NCBI GenBank assembly: GCA_964199315.1
Contig: OZ116698.1
Location: forward strand, 15,748,001-15,812,000
Length of the DNA stretch: 64,000 bases
Reading direction: 5' to 3'
Source: Orbicella franksi
Lineage: Eukaryota
Within the stretch, counting starts at the first letter, position 1. Every line of letters starts with the position of its first letter. Shown piece by piece: positions 37,101 to 48,933 of this stretch. Made by a program: the position numbers and the translations under genes. The notes beneath the pieces are model-generated. The model saw only the letters and a program-made list of their open reading frames with translations. It ran no database searches and was not told the DNA's origin.

Positions 37101-40100
37101 AGGAATATTGTTTAGTAAGTTTTAAAAGAAATGTACTCTAAGCACTACATATCTTCCTTCCTCCTCTTTGTAATGCCTGGCATACATATAGTAAAATGTA
37201 AGTTTGGATAGTTTGTTGCTGTGCCAAGTAAATGACTTCTAGGATAATGCTGATATGCAGGTTCTATTCACCATGTAAGTATAGTGATTCTACTGGATAA
37301 GTTGTACGTGTTTCTCCCTCTCTGTTAATATTGCCAGAGTTCTATTGATTAAGCGCAATTCTAAAGCACTTCAGAAAAGTTTTAAATCTACAAGTTGAAA
37401 TTCTTCTACCTGACATTTAAAGACAGCTGTTATGGTGGGCTGCTGTTGGTAGGGCACTAGAAATGACTTCTCAATGTTGTTGGTTTGCTCACCAACCCTG
37501 GCCTCTTTTCCATGCAGGCAAGGACATCTAGGTGCTGAATAACAGGTGGATCCCAGCACGAAATGCTATATCATGGAGGTCTTTCATGCAGTGGCTGGCC
37601 AGCATCATGTTAACAATTCACCTGAATACAGTACTGCTCAAGATGGAGGAACATTAGTAGGTTTCACTTTGCCTTTCAACAGCATGTTCAAAACCAAATG
37701 GCAATAATTTATTATTTTGTTTTTCCCTGCATTAGTCATGTAATATATCAAAACTTCTGCAATATGAAAACATTAAGGAATCATGCACTCCAAATAATTT
37801 TCTTCAGTGATTCTTGCACTACTCTCAACTTGGTTCTGAGATTTTGGTTCTACATCAAGAGGATATCCTCTTGTTGATTTCAATTCTTTGCTAAAAATGA
37901 ATGTTCCAGGAATTTGTCCTCCAAAACCAAGCTGTTATGTCCTAGTTCATACCTTGGCTTTGTTTTAAACTTCTCAAGACTGCTTTGTTGTTGTGCTAAT
38001 TCTTACTTACTCTCTGATCCATCTGTCCATTTCTTTTCTGTTATTCTAGCAGTGGTAGCATGTGAAAGGTGTCTGTCAGATTTGTGTGATTGTCTACAAC
38101 AGCTGGCCTGTCTACACTGGTACGCTTGTTTGGTCGCAGGAGATGACTTGGTGTGGCAGCTAAAGGAAAATTCTACTAGGAAACTAAACACATTACAAGA
38201 CATTAGTAGCTGTGAGAAAAGTTGAACATATAACTTACCTTCATATTAAGTTGATCCAAAGAGCCATCAGTGGTGCCATTCATAATCCTGAGACAAATCA
38301 CATCTGTCAAATTCAGGTGATGCCAGAAAGCTTGCTTAATCTATTCCTTGAAGAAATATTTGTTATGCCCCCGAAAATGGACAATTTTTTATTTTCATGA
38401 TTTTAATTATAATACATGACGTGATTGATTCAAAAAAGAAGTTTGCCCCCGAAAGTGGGCTCATTTTAAAAAAGATTTATGTCCCCGAAAGATGGACACT
38501 TTTGAATTTTTTGTTATCCAAGGAAGAAATTTGTGTTGCTGAAAGTTTACTTAATGTTGAATTAGTAATAATATCTTAAGCTATACTAACTAGTTTAGGA
38601 AAAAAATCACACTGACACCAATGTTTGGTAGTTTTATTATAATGTGATATGTATTATTTATTTTAAGTTATGTTACAATTTTACGATGTTACTCTCTGTG
38701 ATTTCATCTTGTGTTTGCCATGTTTTTTGCTCCCGAAAATGAGCAGTGCACACGAGCCATGAGTACTATGCTTTTTACAATAACAACAATATTCTTACAA
38801 TGCAAAAAATCCACAGGACCTAAATTAATCCATGAGGGGAAGCGCTCCTTAAGCTGAATAATTTAGCATCCAGAGAAAGCCGAGAGTGTTCCAGTGTCAG
38901 TAAAGTCAACACTTTATTTGGAACACCCAGGGCCCCTGAATGGACTTCGCATTTGTCTGCCAGCTTTGGCTTGCTAACGAGACAATGTCATTACCAAGCC
39001 TTCACATGTTTGTAGTTGGATTATTTAAAAGCCAACACAAAAGCCGAAAACCGAAAGCCGAACCAAATACTTAATACAAATGTTAAATTTAAATTAACTA
39101 AATTAAAAGCAACTGTATGTTATATTACACTGGAAGACGACACGTATTCCAAACCTCACTTCTGTTTGTATGATGTTTTAATTCTTTTTTTTTTGCAGCA
39201 CGATAGTAAATGACATAATTTTTTTCAGTTGCCAAATGAAGTGAAAATTGGACACTTGTGTCATCCCGCATGGCAACATAACATACAGGATTGCTCTCTC
39301 TCAACATACCTCATGCCAGGTTGTAGAAACCTAACTTGTATATCATTGCTCAGACCTTCAGCCATAGGATATTACTGCTGCTTCAGCATAAGCGCCACCA
39401 GAGAAATGCTTCAATGACACGACAAGCATACAAGGGGAGCAACCAAAGGTACAACTGGTTGGCATGTGCCAATAACATCACATGTTGGTCTTATCCAGCA
39501 GTTTCCTTTAACCATAAATTTCAGGTGTGTCCAACCCTTTTGATGAGACTACCTCACGTTGTATTGTGATGTTGTGCAATATGTTCCAATACTTGATGAT
39601 CTTGTGAGGAGAGTACTCGGTCGACTAAATCAGTACTGACTGAAAACAGTCTCACAATTACCTTCATAATTTAGGGCTGGGCATGAGCTTGATGACCTCA
39701 CTCAAGAGAAATGAATTTGTCTTAGAAACAACAGCAAGAAGTCAATACCAATAACAAAATCAAAGGCTAGAACTGAATTCTAGAATATATACTGTCTAGC
39801 ATTTGTAGATCAACAAATCTATAGGTCACAAGGTAGGTCACAAGGTAGGTCACTGGTTCACAGAGAACACAGACCATGGAATATTGTTGTATTGGGTTAC
39901 TGACTATAAGTGTTCACTTTGATGTCAGGTGTTGAGAGATCTATCCCTGAGTGGAAACCAATGAGAAGATGAGATCCAAGCAAGATTTTTCAGATGACTG
40001 CAATCCAGTGATGTACAACAACAACAACAAGAAATGTTGCTAACCCTGGGCAGGTTGAGGCATTTTCTAAATGCCAAAGTGGAAACTCAAAGAACTGAGC

Positions 40101-40779
40101 TAGTTGCGAGATCTTGTAAAGAAATCATCTTGACTAAAATGTCCAAGAAGTGTGATCCTTCAAAATGGTTTCTGTGCACTGCAGGTATCAACTATGTTTA
40201 CAGCAAGACCAGCTCACTAAACGTATCTGGTTTTGATCAATAGAGTTAGATGTTGTACCCAAGTTGTCAAAGATATTAAACAGCGGTACTAATGACTGCA
40301 GAGTCCCGTGGTTGCTGTTTGATGTTCTTGTACTATTCAGGTCAACCAAGTCTTCTTTGGTATTAACATTGTCTGTTGAAAATTCCTAACACAGCATTCT
40401 TGATGTTTTAGTTAACCACAAGTAACAAAAATACAGAGATCTAAATTTGGACTTTAAGATGTATTACTGACAATTGAGAAATAAAGGATGTTGTACCAAG
40501 TATCATTTCAGAGAAGCATTTATCATGGAAGCTGTAGATGAGTCAGACGATATCTAACATGGTGAAGAACACGTGCGCATTGGCATTAGTCAACCTTTGA
40601 AGATGTCAGCTACGTAGTGGTCATAAGTAGATGAAGTGTAACTCAATGGCCTGGCTACATAAAATGTTTCTCTCACTCAAAAGTGTGGGTGAAGCAGGAC
40701 CAGATAGCAAGTGAGTGGAGCATTTTAGGGGGAAGGGATCATTTAATTATATCAGTTTCAAAAAAGCCATATAAGTAGC

Positions 40780-42215
40780 AGCTTTGCTTGCCAGAAAGTC
40801 TTGTCTTGCAAGTGTTGTATTCCCTTCACAAAGTTCCCACTGCAGGCCAATGAAATGAAAATGGTAGAGAAACTATGAAGAAGATTCTTTTGGCATGGCC
40901 TGAGAGAGGATATTGAAAACCATGTCCAGAAGTGTGGACCGTGTGCTGAAGCCAACAACCCTCCTAAAGTGCTCAAAGCTCCTTTGATCAGTGTTAAGTC
41001 AGGCCCTGACATAATTTGTTGGCCCTTCACCTTAGGGTCTAGCTCTGACTATGAGTGGTTGCTAGTAGTCTCGGACCACTTTATGTCACATTCAACCAAA
41101 AGGTGATGGTTGAGTACATTTCCTGATTTGGATGTTTTGAGAACTTACACCCTGATCAAGGTGCTAATGTCCACAGGGCAGTCTTTCAGGGACTGTGTGA
41201 TTTGATTGAGATGGCTTCCCAAAGAAGATGGTCAGGTGGAGAGGTTGAACAAGTTAATATCTGGTCATTGCCGGGATTGGGCAGACTATGTTCCAAAGGC
41301 CCTGTTGGCCGATAATACTAGTGTCCATGAGTCAACAGGATTCACACCCAATCCCTTAATCTTGCCTTTGGATGCTACCCTTAAGTTAGATACCTTGCCA
41401 CTCTCTAGGTCAGCAAAAACATATCCAGAGTATGTTGTTGAGCAGAAGCTTCAGGTGGAGGAAACAGCAGCTGGTGCAAGATAACCTCAAGCAAGCACAG
41501 AAATCTCAGAAGACCTATTATGACACAATTACTATGGTCAGCAGGTCTATGTTAGAGACCAGGTGTGGTGCAGAACCTGAATCAGGTTCAGGAGGAAGAA
41601 GTTCCGTAAGCCCTTGTGTGTTCTCTGGAGGGTCATAAAGGCCCTTTCTGATGTTACCTATTCCATTTAGGATGAGTGAAAGAAGCCTGGAAAGAATTGA
41701 CAAAGGAGAGTGGTACACTTTAATTACTTGTCATTCTCCTCCTCACGAGACTCTTGCTGCATCATCGTGAGAGCTTGGTGGACAGGTGCAGAGAAAGCTT
41801 GTGGACTCTAGCAAGGTTGAAATGGTGGCTGGAAACGGTGGCTAGATGCAAAGTGGGCTAGTGAACTCTGGTGAGGTTGTGTTGGAATGGTTGGAAATTC
41901 CTGCTCATCCAGTCACTGAATGCCAGCCTAGTGCCTGCAAAGATACCTGTGTGTTGATTCCTACTTCTCAGGATTGTCCAGTCCTTGAAATTACACATTA
42001 GCCTGAGACTTCTTCAGAGGGTGACCTGCCAGCTGCCGAACCAAGTCAGAGATAGAGCCATGAAAGGAGAGAGCCAACTTGGCTCAGAGGCTGTGTTAGA
42101 ACAGTTGTGTGCAAGAAAGTGTAGCTCAGATAGAACTGTTGTTTTAAAAGGACTAATCCTGCTCTTATGTGGTAGGGGATAGTGTAGCATGGGCCTCTGC
42201 CCCAGTGAATTGCTT
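40780..42215 (+). mobile_element. Degenerate Gypsy relic, duplicate copy (integrase zinc finger and core, PPT, truncated LTR)
   Basis: RRFFWHGLREDIENHVQKCGPC (H2C2 domain), VVSDHF, GQVERLN, HESTGFTP; PPT followed by TGTAG at 42183, LTR cut at ~42215. Confidence 0.85.
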
Positions 42216-43129
42216 TTGAAAGATTGTAACTCTTCTTAGCTTAAAGAGAAATTCCAGGATATGTAAGGTGATACATAACTGGGAATTAAAACAGGAGTGT
42301 TTTTCCTCAGCAGCTGGGTTCAGATCTGAGAAGCTTAAGTACTGTCTAAGGCAATGGCACTCTGAAGAGCTTGATTATTTTTGTACATAAGTGTTGGTTC
42401 AGCTATGACAACAAAGATCTTGATAGTCATAGGAATGGCAGAGCGGCTAGCTGATCCAGATCAGCTTAGTGCTTAATGTTTTAAGTGCGACCCACAGAAC
42501 TGGCTCAAAGTACTACTCTTGTGTCTTTCTGAAGTTTGCAGATAAAGAAGCGGTATTTAGTAATTGGATCAGGGTTGCATCATACCAATGTTCAATACAC
42601 AGACAGGTGAAAGATGTGACTTTGTTATCCTAAGGCAAATCTTCTGTAAAATTATTGTGAGATATCTACAGCTGCTGCTGAAATGCTTCAGCAAGAGAAG
42701 CTGGATTGAGAAAGGGATGAGAGCACACAACACACCTTCAATTTAATAGAAATGTTGGTAATTGAGTTATGGGGTAATAAATGGATACATCATGTCAGCT
42801 TTACTGTCAAGCACTGCCATCAACTAACTGTCGTTTTGAACAGAAAAAGATAGGAGTAGAGAAATATGTTGCACACTTTCTGTTGTTCTGGATGATCTGG
42901 ATCATGCAACATGCCATGTTAGCCCACTCACGTCATAAGGTAGGTAGTCTCCATCCACCTAACATTTCTAGACTGCCGGCCTTACTCCAGTTTCAGAGGT
43001 TGGAAATGATGAAGAGTATTCCACCCTCCCTGGATGTGATGTTGGTATCTCCCTCTGGTCATGGCATGCAACAAATTTGTACAGAGGGTAGGTTGAAAAT
43101 CAGGCCTAAAATCTTGTCTGTGAACATTG

Positions 43130-43520
43130 ATTTATTGATTTGACCCTTAGCTCTGGCTGGAGCATAGGCCATTGACCACTACTGTTCTCCATCAGCTTCC
43201 GTCCTGGGCAAGCCTTCCTAGTGTGTTTCAGGTATGGCCCCACCTCTTCATTTCAGATTCCACAACCCTTCTCCAGGAGTTCCTTGGGCAACCCTCTTCC
43301 TCTTGCCCTGAGGTTTCTGTGGTAGCGCCTGCTGGGTGATGTTGCTAGCCAGTGTCCTTAAGGTGTGACCTATCCACCTCCACTTTCTCCTGAGTCTTGA
43401 TTGGTTCCTTGTCTGTTCTTTTCCTCAGCATCTCATTTGTTACCCTGTTTGTCCAACTGTGAGCATTAAACCACCAATATCCATCACCAAGATTGGAGAC
43501 CTTCACAACTTGCCTGGGTT
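43130..43520 (-). mobile_element. RTE LINE 3' fragment found only in duplicate copy 2
   Basis: WTNRVTNEMLRKRT / RKWRWIGHTLR / QGKRKR motifs; lies in a ~870-bp segment (43036-43908) absent from copy 1. Confidence 0.75.
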
Positions 43521-46500
43521 TATACAGCATTTAGTTATTGACTCTCATAATGGAGGAATGAAGTTAAACAGTAGCCACAGGAGTCCTAAGGCAATGAGAA
43601 GCCTTAACTTATAACCTCTTTCTAGGGATGGGAAGTACAGTTGCAGGAACACAAAGAATACTGATGAGATCTACCAATCTTGGGTACTCTTCAAGCTACT
43701 TAGGCAGTCAGGGCCACAAGAATATTAACTTGGTCATGAGAAATGAAGAAGAACCAAGCTTTCCTGTATGTTCCCTGACAAAAGTATTGCATTTCTTAGG
43801 TTGAGAAAGAAATGCAATTATTAGAGACGTCTACACAAGGGTGGATAAGAGATGCTCCATAAAGAAATTAATATCAAAGTTTTTCAAATTTGCTTTTGGG
43901 TGGATATCAGAGGGCCATAAAATAATAAGGAAAGGCCCTAGCCTACCTCAGGCCCACCTGGAGGAGAGGGGGAACCTCCAGGCCAGATACCTAGGAGGCC
44001 TTCAAGTGACTTCCAAATGCAACAAGAATGGAGAGACTGTTGTTTCCCTATGCAAAGCATGGCATCCAAAGGATCAGCAACAAGTAAGGAGGACAACAGA
44101 GTTTCAATGGCTATGCTTATTGACATCATCATTTTGCACCACACTTGTACAAAACCAGAGCGATCCTTTGTTACATTTAGTCTGGTTATTGGACATCTTT
44201 AGGCAGGTGTCCTTTGTTTTCCATCCAAAGCAATCCTGTTTGTTTCCTTTAAAATTTTCTACAACTTGTACTCTATCTACATGACTGGTCTATTTTCATC
44301 TTCCTAATTCTAGCTACAGGACCAACAAGAATGGAGAGACCTGTTTTTTTCCCTGTGAACCACTTAGTGCCAAAGGATTTGTGTTGATCATGGTGATGAC
44401 GATGACAGTGAGGATGACGATGACAGCAATGATGATGATGATGATGATAATGATGATGAAGATGAGTCAACTGGATAAACTTAGTTTCATATTTGTTGTG
44501 TCTTAATTGCTTGTGTTGTTTTCAGCCGCCCATGCTCCACCACAGACTAAACAGCAGGATTCATGATGATCATGACAACAACAAGGGTTAGACATGCACT
44601 TTACATGTGGGCAGGTAACTTTTGTTGCATCTAGATTGCTTTTGTTGTATGAGTTGTCTTCAAGTCGTGAAGCTTCAGTGGCATTGTGCTTGCTGAAGTC
44701 ATCATACCTAGGCAGTCAAGGCCACAATGATATGTTGGCGTCCACTGCAATCCTTTGCGCAGGTGTTCCACATCTCCATTCCAAGTCAGGTCCTGTTCTT
44801 CAGCTGCTAAATTATTCTACAATATTATATACTGCCTGTCTACCTTCTACTGCTACTCTTATCTTCCTAACTGTAGCAATGGGTGATTTTCATTATGATG
44901 TCATGCCATCAGTGAGAATCCTAAAAGCTTTTGTTTAGCTCATTGTAATTGGACTGATATCTTTTGTTATTTTGAGGCAAAAAAAACTGAACTCTGGTTG
45001 CTGTAGTCAAATGACATATCATAAACAGCCTATTGTTTGGTGATTATCTTCTTGTCTAGTTCCTGGATTCCTCTTTTGTCACTACATTGACAGCTTCCTA
45101 GCTGTTTACAATGATTCATTGTTGCCACTCCTGTGCTCTCTGCTAACTGGCCGGCTGCCTCTCCTCTTTTCGTTGGGTGGATGATTCTTGTCAGTTATTA
45201 TCAAAGGCTACCTATCTAACCAATAAAAAACTGAGGTGTGTGCTTTGTCCCATGATCCCATGTCCCTAGTGCCTTTAAATTTTGAGAAGGTTTTTTACTT
45301 TCCATAGATGCCACACTGATAGAAATTTACCCCTAGTAAAATATTTATCTTATGATTCATCCATATGTAAATATTACCAACAAAAGTTGTAAAGCCAATT
45401 TTGGAAGCTTTTTTGACAAATTCTAAACCTTGCAAAATAAAAGGCATTAGGGTGAGTACTTAGATGCCTGGCAACTAGGTTGAGCTGTTCGTAACTTAAC
45501 TACCTGCACTATCTGTAGGTGTCTGGGTGAACCTTACCAAAATATTTCACTTATCAGTGTGTAGACTGTCAAGTGAAACGTAAAAAAATAATTTACCTAG
45601 GCGCAACTAAGCGGGAGTCTAAATGCAACAAGAACATGAAGTCGCAAAATGAAGCCGGAGTAAAGTCGTAACGAAGCCGGAGTGAAGTTGAAATAAAGTC
45701 GGTTTGAAGTCGAATAGAGCCGGATAGTCGGACTGAAGTTGAATTAGAACCGGACTAAAGTCGAAATAAGGCCGAATTCCAATCAGTGATCGAAAAACCT
45801 GAAAAGAAACCCAAATTAAAAAAAGGCTAGAGGGAGGAACCATCCCACATCCAGGGTCCCATTAGTAAATCTAATTGGATTATCTATTTTAGTTAAGCGA
45901 ATTCAGAAGTATATAGACTTCTGGCCGAAAGTGTGTGCTTGTATGCTTTGTAAGGTTCATCCAGAGTTCTATTTACCCACCCCTCCCAGCCCACAGTTAA
46001 TGTACTGACCACCAGAATTATTTTTCATCAGAGTCTTGTAAGGCTTGGGTGCAGCGCTCAGCATGTGGATGGACGACAAGCTGGGGCAGTCTGTCTTTGA
46101 AATGTCTGTTAGATTGCGATGGCTGATTGGAGAAGAACTTGTCATCAGGAAATGATGGAAACTGAAAAATAAAGAGATCCTTATTGAAGAACAAAATATC
46201 TAGCTTCTCAAACACCCTCAATTTTTGCAGCATTTTTTCAGTCTTCTAAGAGGTCAATTTAATTTTTTGTTGCATCAGCATTTCAATTGACACTTGAGTT
46301 TGGAACTTTCGTCTTTAAATAAAACTGATGTAGAGGTTTTAGAGGCATGGTGGAGCTGTCATCCGATTTTTGTGGAACAAAAATAGTTGTCCTATCTTGG
46401 CAAGTTTTTCTTTCAAATAACACATTTGGTTGGGTTTAAATTTTTGTTATTAGTAACAATCTTACTTAGCTTTTGTACAGTTTCCGCTATCTTTTAAATC

Positions 46501-47955
46501 AAGCAATCATTGCGCGAACAGTTATGGCGCGAAGTAACCTGTGGAGTCCGATGGCAGACAATTTCTGTAAAATCTGATTTTTATAATTATTCACATTGAT
46601 CACCTCTATGATTTTCAGACGGTTTCGGGGATTTAATGGGCCGTAAATTTCTAAAAAGTTACAAACGTTTAGTCAGGTTTTGAGAGTTGAATCCACGGGA
46701 AAATTTACCCGTAAGTGTAGTATAGAAAATCAGTAGCAGCAGCCTTTTTTCGCGATTTAGTATCGCTCAGATATAAACTGCAAATTTTTGTGTGTGTGAA
46801 GGGAATATTTTCGAAATCAGATTTTTCGAAACTATTTGACATAGAATGAACCCTTAGTGGAATATTTTAGTCCGATCCCAAACGTAAAAATGGCAGTTAA
46901 AGTTGTTTCTCAGGACAGAAACTAATAAGTTATTTCATTTTGTTACTGACTTAACCCTTAACCCAACTTTCAAGGGAAGTGTTCCCCAGATGGAGTTGTT
47001 TTCCTTCGCTTGCTAAAATTTTTTTCCCGAAACGTTTTCCCGCCAAACCTTACCCTTAACCCCAGCATTTCCTTAACTTTGCGTGAAATTTAATCCGAAA
47101 ACACTTTAGGACGAGAAGGATTCCAATGGAAACTGAACTGAACTTAGTCGAGTCGCATTTGTAAACTTCATTCATTGTAGAAAATTCTGAAACAAAATCC
47201 AAAGTTCTCAAAAAGGTCTTGGTGCAGTGTCCATCAGTGTTTGTGTAAGAAAAAATTTCTACGCGGCGTCTTTACAAACAATTTTATGAATCAATAGTTT
47301 TTCACAAACAAAAGTAAAGGACTATCGTTAAAACAATAGAACAAGGCGCCTACCTCGAGTGCGGGTTGACGAAGAAACACCAAGGTTGTGAACACGGTGT
47401 TTCAATGACGCCACGTGTTTTGTTCGGGAGTGAAGATCAGTGAACACTGCTGGAACTGAATTCCTTCATGAGCTGGGCGTAAGTCACTTCTGCTAACAGC
47501 ATTAAAACTTAAGTTAATGGCTAAGCTTCTAAATGTTGATGAATCATTTTAGACGTAGATAGTTTAACGAAGAAAGCAAACTGTAAAGTTCTTTTTTGGA
47601 TACTTCGCGCTCGAATTCGCTGGTCTGAAAAAACCTGAATGAACACTTTGCAAGTTCACCTTGCAGGTTCACCTTGCAAACTGCGCCAGGGTTTTACTTA
47701 ACCTCATTGTCCGCACATGCTAATGCTGTACTCTGATTGGCGGTGGCTCTTTGCATTACAAGGGCTTCCCATCACGGAACAGCTGTGGACCACTTGAGCA
47801 ATTCGCTTAAAACTACAAAATCTTTCACTCATTTTAATTTTGGTAAATCAGAACTAAGGTTGTTTTTTGATTCACAAGGGAAGGTTATAGAAAGTTCTGA
47901 TGGTTTATTTTTAGCCTTTACTTGCAAGGATTTTTCGTGAACATTGATGTTAACT

Positions 47956-48090
47956 CACGTGGGTTAGTTTGAATTTCTGATTGGCTCTTTATCCTCGCGG
48001 ATGTTTTTGCACTGTGACAGTGACAAACAGTGTAGATCTTTCACACGTGGGATAGATACAATTCCTGATTGGCTCTTTGTTTCGCGCGGA
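47956..48090. promoter_or_regulatory. Duplicated E-box + CCAAT module (88-bp period)
   Basis: CACGTGG ... CTGATTGGCTCTTT ... CGCGGAT at 47956/47977 and again at 48044/48065 with identical spacing. Confidence 0.45.
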
Positions 48091-48164
48091 TTTTTCATTC
48101 CCGCTTTTTCATACGCTGCAATTTGACCGTCCTATTTGTTGTTCAGTCGAACAAGCAAAGTTAA

Positions 48165-48933
48165 GGTGGCTTAACACAGTTATTGATGCCTGTGTTTCAT
48201 TCACCTTTTCTCTAAAACCCTTGATCTCTCGGTCGTCAAAAATGGCCACAAGCTAGTTAACAACACAAACTTTGGTTTTTTGATCGTGAAGTTGACGTAT
48301 GTGTCGTTGCCATGGCAACATGAATAAATGTAAACAGGCCTTTAAAATCGGTTTTGTTTATTTGCAGAAAATCTAGTCATTAGATTTTCTTTCTAATTTG
48401 CATGCAACAAGTTTGTAACGATTCTCACAAGTTAACACCATTTTGCTAATAATTTAACAGAGATCTTTAATCATCCCTTGTTGAAGGTTCACTGGAATAT
48501 CTAGAATTTCCATTGTTAAAGTTCAATTATTTTCGATACTCCAGTTACTTATTTCCTGAAGAGTTTTCGTGCCAAATTTCGTGAAATTCCAATGAGTGGT
48601 TCTCGAGAAATAGGCGTATTTCCGAGAGTGCAATATTCATTCAATTGCACTTTCTTGACTTACTACGCATGCGCTGCATTTAACTGGGTTCTTTCGGTAA
48701 GAAAGAAAAAACTGAGAATTGCTGGGTTGTTTACATCGTTACCTTTTCTAACATATCTTTGTAATAAAAGACTAAGGCCATCAATACGTTGCGTTCAGTT
48801 AGAGAGAAAAATAGCACAGATACTACTGTAAATAAAATGATCGCTCTATTGACGGCATGTTTGTTTTTGCAATCCTTGTGCGCGCGCTGAATTGCGTGAG
48901 CAAAAGCGCGCACGAAAACTATGTTCAGCCACC
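48165..48933. mobile_element. Kolobok-like non-autonomous DNA transposon
   Basis: TTAA on both flanks (48161-48164, 48934-48937); TIR ggtggcttaacacagtt / aactatgttcagccacc; perfect X-box at 48306-48319. Confidence 0.8.

Larger units (their letters stand above)
35957..46199 (+). repeat. Tandem segmental duplication, copy 2 (~10.2 kb)
   Basis: See copy 1; separated from it by a ~75-bp non-homologous spacer (35881-35956). Confidence 0.93.

Noticed and set aside
26120-37274. Conserved 14-nt plus-strand micro-exon (cag|gttctattcaccat|gtaagt) in both copies
   Set aside because: It falls within ordinary duplicate homology, is not a multiple of 3, and has no partner exons identified.
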